The notes under the pieces: generated by a model
The model's database searches: none
What the model saw: only the letters and a program-made list of their open reading frames with translations
What the model was told of the DNA's origin: nothing
Program-made: the position numbers and the translations under genes
Part shown: in pieces, positions 58,131-64,000 of the stretch
How positions within the stretch are numbered: the stretch's first letter is position 1
Layout: every line of letters begins with the position of its first letter
NCBI GenBank assembly: GCA_963833425.1
Contig: CAWHXP010000007.1
Span: 256,001-320,000 of the forward strand
Length of the DNA: 64,000 nt
Direction of reading: 5' to 3'
Source: an uncultured Methanosarcinaceae archaeon
Lineage (GTDB): Archaea > Halobacteriota > Methanosarcinia > Methanosarcinales > Methanosarcinaceae

Positions 58131-60623
58131 ATGGAATGTGCTATAAAAGAAATACTGAGGGGTTCTACACCGCGCGTGCAGGAACTCTTAAAAGAACTCT
58201 TAAATAAGGCATTTTCAGATAGATCTTCTGAATGGTTTAAGGATAGTATGTTTCCTCCGGTTGGAAATGAAAATCTTTCTGTAATTGAAAGACGCGCCAT
58301 AAGCTTCAAAATAATGCTTGAGGCAATGGCTTCAAAAGAGAACTCAAAAACTACAAATACATACAGAATAAAAGAAAATGAACTTATTGTAGGAAACCTT
58401 CCAATGGGTTCTGTAGGCTTTGGAAAAGTTTATCCTCAGTACCTTACAGAGGAAGAAAGAAGACTTATCTCTGTAGCCAACAGGGATATGCAGTCTACAT
58501 TCGGTCATAATATACCTGATCATAAAAGGGTATTGGATAAAGGTATCAACTGGATAATCCAGCATTGCAAAGAGAAAATAAATGAAACAAAAAAATGGTA
58601 CTGAAACCAGTGAAACTAGAAAGAATAAAAAACTCGAATTTTACAAGTCAGTTATTATTTGCGGCGAGGCACTCATAAATTATGCAAAAGCATTTGCTGA
58701 CCTTGCAGACAGCTATGCTGATACGGAAAAAGATGCTTCAAGACAAACAGAACTAAAAGAAATTGCTAGGATATGCAGAAGAGTGCCTGCAAATCCCGCC
58801 GAAACATTCCATGAGGCAATACAAAGCGTTTATTTTGTACATCTGGCACTACATAGTACATTGGATTATATATCTCTTGGAAGGCTTGACCAGACACTTG
58901 ATCCATATCTTCAGAAGGACTTAAAAAAAGGTACAATTTCGGAAAGTAAAGGTTTAGAACTCTACGAATGCCTTCTTATAAAATGTGCTGAAAGAATGAA
59001 CACAAACCCCGAATACTTCTTAAAATATGATCACTCTTCATTTGGAGGAGTATTTGGAGACAGCCCCGTATTCCTTGATCAGATAGCATCTGCAAATAAT
59101 TTTCTTCAGAATATTGCATTAGGCGGTCTTACAAAGGACGGAAAGGATGCATCAAATTTGAGTACTATTTTTACTATTTTAATACTGAAGGCATCCGGCA
59201 ATCTGGGTCTTCCAACTCCTATAATAAATATCAGACTAAATAAAAAAAGTTCTTCAGAAATCATAAATGAAACAGTAAGGTCACTGAGGCATGGCAGAAA
59301 CGGTATGCCTGCTGTGTTCAATGATGACATAATAGTAGATGGGTTAAGCAAAAATGGAATACCTATAGAAGAATGCCGCGACTATGGGGTTGACGGATGC
59401 TGGGAGCCTATTTTGAACGCTAAATGTGACTGGGTTTTCGGAATGGTAAACTTTCTTACAATACTCGAATGCAGTTTGAATTCAGGCTGTACCTTCAGTA
59501 TTGATTCAAGTTTGTTAAGAGGTGGAAAAGCCAGTTATATAACAAAAAGTCCAGCAGAAATAACGAAGTTTGATGAACTCCTGGAAAATGTGAGAACTCA
59601 CATTCAGTTCTTTGTTGACAAAACTGCTCTCCAGGCCTATTCATTTTATAGCGTAGAGGGCTCTGTTAATCCGACCCCTTTTTATCTTCACTTCTTGGAG
59701 GCTGCCTTGAAAAAGGAATGGATAAGACATGGGGCGGTACACAATATCACATTTCCGGTCTTCTTGCTGTTGCAATGCCTAACTGTGCAAATGCCCTTGC
59801 AAATATAAAGAAATTTGTATTTGAGCAAAAGAAATATACACTGCCTCAAGTTGTCGATGCTCTGAAAAATAATTTCAACGGCTATGAAGAAATGAAAAAT
59901 GCCTTCTGGAACGATAGTAACAAATTTGGAAATAACGTTAAAGAAGTTGATGCAATAATGAAGCAATTATTGGACTTCTCATATAATGCAGGGCTTAAAG
60001 CAAAAAAACTAGGTGATGAAACTTTTATATTAAATCCGAAAAAAGACTTTAAAAGAATTGAAAGCAACCGGACTATCTGCCATTATGAAGGTCAGTCAAT
60101 GCATAAAAAATACGGTGATGATTTTAATATGATATTCAATTTGGGCTGCGGTACATTCGGTCAGTACACCCTGATGGGCAAGAGTGTAGGAGCTTCGGCT
60201 GACGGCAGATGCAGTGGCAAGCCTGTTGCAGCAAATTTCTCACCTGTAACCGGAACTATGAAAAATGGGATAGGAAATGCCCTTGCTTCATTGAAGAATT
60301 TGGAATTGGGCAGATTCCCGGCAGGTGTTGCTGTTGACTATTGTATTGATGATACTAATGGCGAAAATGACGATGCTTATTTTGAGAACATTGTAAGAGA
60401 ATTCATAGAAGAAAACGGTAGTATCATGACTTTGACTTTTGCAAATACAGATGAACTGAAAAACGTATTCCAGATGTGTGAAGGAGTCCGAAATAAATTC
60501 CTTTCTTCGGAAGCATTGCGTCCGTATTCGCATATAGCAGTCAGAGTCGGAGGTTTTAACGCGCCATTTATAACAATACCAAAAGAGCAGCAATGTACAT
60601 ACTTAAACAGGATTACTAAATAA
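58131..60623 (+). CDS. Glycyl radical enzyme (~830 aa) of unknown substrate, split by two homopolymer frameshifts (~58590, ~59680)
   Basis: ELIVG, RVPANPAETFHEAIQ, SLGRLDQ, QNIALGG, Cys loop DGCWEP (about 59392-59409), ASADGR, Gly loop VRVGGF (about 60540-60557). Confidence 0.9.
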
Positions 60624-60638
60624 TATTATAAGCTTTAT

Positions 60639-61548
60639 ATGAGTAATTGGTAATACGAAATACTTTGATATTTTATGGAACTCTACGAAAGATGGCCCTG
60701 GTACCAGGGTTGTCCTTTTTTTACAGGGCTGCTCATTGCGTTGTGAATGGTGTCATTCTCCGCATTCTCAGCCCAAAGATGCTCCTGTGCTTTTTTATAG
60801 AGAGTACTGCACAAGCTGCGGCATATGCCAGGCTGTCTGTAAGGCAGGTTGCATCAGCTCCAATCAAAAGGGTTATACTTTTGACAGAACCGCATGCACA
60901 AGGTGCGGCAAATGTGTGCTGAATTGTAGTCAGGAAGCTCTGGTATATAATTTACGAGAAGATACACCTAAAGATATTTTTGATAAAATTATGCCTCAGC
61001 TAAAGCTCTTGAGAAACTTCGGAGGTGTTACCTTATCAGGCGGAGAACCCATGCTACAGTATATTGAAGCTCAAGAACTATTAAAGCTGTGCAAAAAAGC
61101 GGGCGTCCATACTGCAGTCGAAACTTCCGGATCCGTAGACTTAAAATGCTTTGAGGAACTGATTGAATATGTTGATTGTTGGCTTTTTGGTTTAAAACAG
61201 ACGGATGTTGATAAGTGCCACGCCATGACAGGTGCAGACTTTAATAGCATAAGGGAAAATCTATCATTTCTTGCTGGTAATGTGCCTTCTAAAATTATAA
61301 TAAGAACTCCAATAATTACAGGGTTTACCGATGACATTTGTAACATTCACGGAATATCTGAAATAATGTTGTCATATGGTTTGAACACTATAGAGCTGCT
61401 TCCATACAACCCTTATACTGGACATTATTACTTGGCAATGGGTAAAGGCTTTGATGAGCAAAAATTCGAAATTCTTGATCAGAATAGACATCAGGATATT
61501 GTGAAAATTTTTGAAGGCAAGGGGATTAGAGGGAAGTTGCTTATATAA
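60639..61548 (+). CDS. Glycyl radical activating enzyme (radical SAM) with 2x[4Fe-4S] ferredoxin insertion
   Basis: Upstream in-frame extension gives DGPGTRVVLFLQGCSLRCEWC (CX3CX2C); CTSCGICQAVC and CTRCGKCVLNC; GGVTLSGGEP, ETSG, ELLPY. The ATG at 60639 needs a 1-nt correction. Confidence 0.92.
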
Positions 61549-61590
61549 AATTGCTAAGGAGTATTAATTTAAAAATTGGAGGTAATTAAG

Positions 61591-61934
61591 ATGAGAGAAC
61601 TAATAAAAAATTTCAAAGCCATCTGGAATAAATAAATGAAAGCATTCCCTGGTCTAGACAGGCACCCATGATACAAATTAGTCTTTTTATTGCTGTAGCT
61701 GGTTTAAATAACAAAATATATGCAATGGGCAGAGAATTCACCTATCAGGACATTACAAGCCGTTTGGAAATTGTAGATCCCATTTCTGGAGTAGGGACCG
61801 CAAAAGCTCCTATGCCTACAGCAAGGACAATGCGTGCAGCAAGTGCAGCAAATGGTAAGATATTTGCGGATCCAAAAATAGCTTTTGTTGGTGAGCTTTG
61901 GAATGAAGAGGCTAAATTGAAACTGAGGGGATAG
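61591..61934 (+). pseudogene. Truncated kelch-repeat protein
   Basis: RBS ggaggt; WSRQAPM...AVAGLNNKIYAMG...EIVDP...TAKAPMPTART..ASAANGKIF, about 1.5-2 kelch blades, then unrelated sequence. Confidence 0.65.
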
Positions 61935-62369
61935 GTACTCTTTCCATGTAATTAAAAACTATTTGATAATCAAGGGGTACTAGAGAAAAAAGAGTTCTAA
62001 GATAATTAAAATATTTAATTTTGAACAATTTTATATTAAACAGGCAAATGGAAAAAAACCCGTTGCTTGCAGAAAAGTGTGACACCTTAACGTTGATTTT
62101 GTTAAAAATATTAAGTATTAATATATTGTTAATGAAATGCAGTATTAATAATATGAATAAGCATAATTTAGTGGTTATAAGTCTCGATCAAAATTTGCTT
62201 TTATTCATCTACAAATAATTTTACGTTGAGTGCTTTGTTGCCTAAAATTTACTTTATAGGTTCTCCAGAATTTGCTTTTTTTAAATCACAAACTTTATTA
62301 ATATAAACGCAATTTAATTTGTTTTAATTTAAATAATATTTACTTGATTTGATATTTCTCGGTGATCCT

Positions 62370-63077
62370 ATGCATATAATGGAAGGCTTTTTACCGATAT
62401 TTTGGTGTTTAGTGTGGTTTGCAGCATCAATACCAATGATCGCATTTGGTGTTTACAAACTGAACAAGTTAGTAAAAGAAAAACGCGAGATATTACCTGT
62501 CCTCGCTGTCGCAGGTGCATTTATCTTCGTACTTTCCTCCCTAAAAATGCCTTCCGTTACAGGAAGCTGTTCCCACCCTACAGGAACAGGTGTAGGTGCA
62601 ATCATTTTTGGGCCTGCGATTACTGCAGTTCTGGGGACTATTGTGCTGATATTCCAAGCTTTATTCCTTGCCCATGGAGGGCTTACGACTCTTGGAGCAA
62701 ATGTATTTTCCATGGGCATCGTTGGTCCTATGGTGTCATACCTAATTTATAAAGCCGGAATGAAAGCCAAAATTAACTTTTATTTTATTGTTTTTCTGGC
62801 TGCAGCTTTCGGAGACTGGGCTACTTATATTACAACTTCTACGGAACTTGCCTTGGCATTTCCTGCAGGAGGACTCCTTAATTATATGGGTTTCCTCAGT
62901 TCATTCAGCAAATTTCTTGCAATCTTCGCAATTACTCAGGTACCCCTGGCAATCGTCGAAGGCGCAGTTAGTGCCCTACTATTCAAATACGTGATTGAAG
63001 TCAAGAGTGATATCCTTGTTGAAATGAAAGTATTGAACGAATCTTTAGTTCGCAAACTCAGGGGGCTTTCTTCATGA
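62370..63077 (+). CDS. cbiM: Cobalt ECF transporter S component CbiM
   Basis: MHIMEGFLP N-terminus, GSCSHPTG, AHGGLTTLGAN, TQVPLAIVEG. Confidence 0.95.
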   Translation: MHIMEGFLPIFWCLVWFAASIPMIAFGVYKLNKLVKEKREILPVLAVAGAFIFVLSSLKMPSVTGSCSHPTGTGVGAIIFGPAITAVLGTIVLIFQALFLAHGGLTTLGANVFSMGIVGPMVSYLIYKAGMKAKINFYFIVFLAAAFGDWATYITTSTELALAFPAGGLLNYMGFLSSFSKFLAIFAITQVPLAIVEGAVSALLFKYVIEVKSDILVEMKVLNESLVRKLRGLSS

Positions 63078-63418
63078 GCAGAAAACTTGAATTTATTGTG
63101 ATTGCTATAATTCTGATTTTTGCAGCTCAGTTCTTTTATACGTCTTCTACCACACATGCAGACTATAGAGGAGCTGATGACAAACCTGCAGATGTTATTG
63201 ATCAAATTACAGGTGGGGCTTACAAACCCATTGCAAAACCTATCTGGAGACCGCCAAGTAATGAAATCGAAAGTCTGCTTTTTGGCCTTCAGGCAGCTAC
63301 CGGCGCAATAATTATCGGTTACTTCCTTGGGTATTATAGAGCAAAAAATCGTTTTGAAAGCGATTTCGGTATCCAAAGGGACAAAAAGCTGCAAAGGGAC
63401 GAAGAAATTCAAACATAA
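63074..63418 (+). CDS. cbiN: Cobalt transport protein CbiN
   Basis: GADD, PPSNEIESLLFGLQAATGA.IIGY; overlaps the cbiM stop. Confidence 0.92.
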   Translation: MSRKLEFIVIAIILIFAAQFFYTSSTTHADYRGADDKPADVIDQITGGAYKPIAKPIWRPPSNEIESLLFGLQAATGAIIIGYFLGYYRAKNRFESDFGIQRDKKLQRDEEIQT

Positions 63419-63445
63419 TAGATTATCCTTAATATTTAGCCTTTA

Positions 63446-63533
63446 GAGGATTCAAAAAATCCTAAATTTTGGTCGATTATTTGTAAAGAGCATCCATTTA
63501 ATTTATTGAGCTCAGAGATTTATCGAAATACAC
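63446..63533. mobile_element. 88-bp MITE between cbiN and cbiQ
   Basis: Ends gaggattcaaaaaatcc ... gagatttatcgaaatacac; same size and TIR class, more diverged. Confidence 0.5.
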
Positions 63534-63612
63534 TTTAATTTTTAGTTGGCTAAGCTCAATTGAAACAGCGAATAATTTTTTAATTTTCATCCATTTATCC
63601 GCAGGTTTCCCA

Positions 63613-64000
63613 ATGAACAATATTCTTGACGACTATGCTCTTATTAGCCCTCTAAGGCACCGAAACAACTGGTTGAAACTGGCAATAGTTTTCTTCGGAT
63701 TAATTGTAGGAGTCTCATGTACATCACCTATCACTCCTGTATTCATAGCTCTCTGTATGAGTTTTACGACAATTGCTTTTGGGAGGGTGTCTCCTAGACT
63801 CTATTCCAAACTTTTACTTGCGCCTATGGGCTTTGCAGCTACTGGTATCCTTATAATTGCTTTTTTCTCAGGTTCGGGACAGGAGCTGTTATCCTTCAAA
63901 CTTATAGGTCATCCTTTTTCGATAAAGGCAGATGGACTTGAGCTTGCTCTTCTAGTCCTTTCTAGGTCCTTAAGTGGGATGTGTTGCCTTTACTTCCTTG
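63613..64000 (+). CDS. cbiQ: Cobalt ECF transporter T component CbiQ (3'-truncated by the window)
   Basis: MNNILDDYALISPLRHRNNWLKL..., hydrophobic segments, RSLSGMCCLYFL; follows cbiMN. Confidence 0.88.
   Translation, partial: MNNILDDYALISPLRHRNNWLKLAIVFFGLIVGVSCTSPITPVFIALCMSFTTIAFGRVSPRLYSKLLLAPMGFAATGILIIAFFSGSGQELLSFKLIGHPFSIKADGLELALLVLSRSLSGMCCLYFL

Noticed and set aside
58131..60623. Annotation as pyruvate formate-lyase, choline TMA-lyase or benzylsuccinate synthase
   Set aside because: No Cys-Cys pair, the Cys loop is GCWE rather than GCVE, and there are no small subunits or microcompartment genes; no specific name is supportable.
58122..61872. ggatc near both edges of the GRE island as a target duplication or att core
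   Set aside because: Only 5 bp, expected by chance, and joining the flanks does not restore a recognisable integrase.
61940..62369. Cobalamin riboswitch or metal-regulator operator upstream of cbiM
   Set aside because: AT-rich with no riboswitch consensus; palindromes are too weak to call.

Overview
AT-rich archaeal window, almost certainly Methanosarcinaceae (Methanosarcina-like). The evidence is cysteate synthase plus fused ComDE (coenzyme M synthesis), MfnF, RadA, archaeal LeuS, deoxyhypusine synthase, and PKD and PGF-pre-PGF surface proteins. By my rough sum only about half of the window is intact coding sequence; the gaps hold decayed IS5-family elements, a family of ~88-bp MITEs and gene fragments. 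Single-base frameshifts also break essential genes (leuS, thrC, pyrF), so most frameshifts are probably assembly indels. Highlights: (1) a glycyl radical enzyme with non-canonical motifs (DGCWEP, RVGGF) plus a ferredoxin-type activase and a kelch fragment, spliced into a truncated tyrosine integrase beside a nested IS (57.3-61.9 kb); (2) three or four tandem non-coding modules of TATA box, variable segment and conserved hairpin (33.6-34.9 kb); (3) a family A DNA polymerase fragment next to iterated inverted repeats that enclose an amber-interrupted secreted TPR gene (30.3-32.4 kb); (4) a secreted Gly/Trp/Tyr/Arg-rich protein behind a duplicated upstream region in which a MITE lies in opposite orientations; (5) an ABC-exported glycan locus with a hendecad-repeat methyltransferase. 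All calls come from reading the sequence; no database searches were run.
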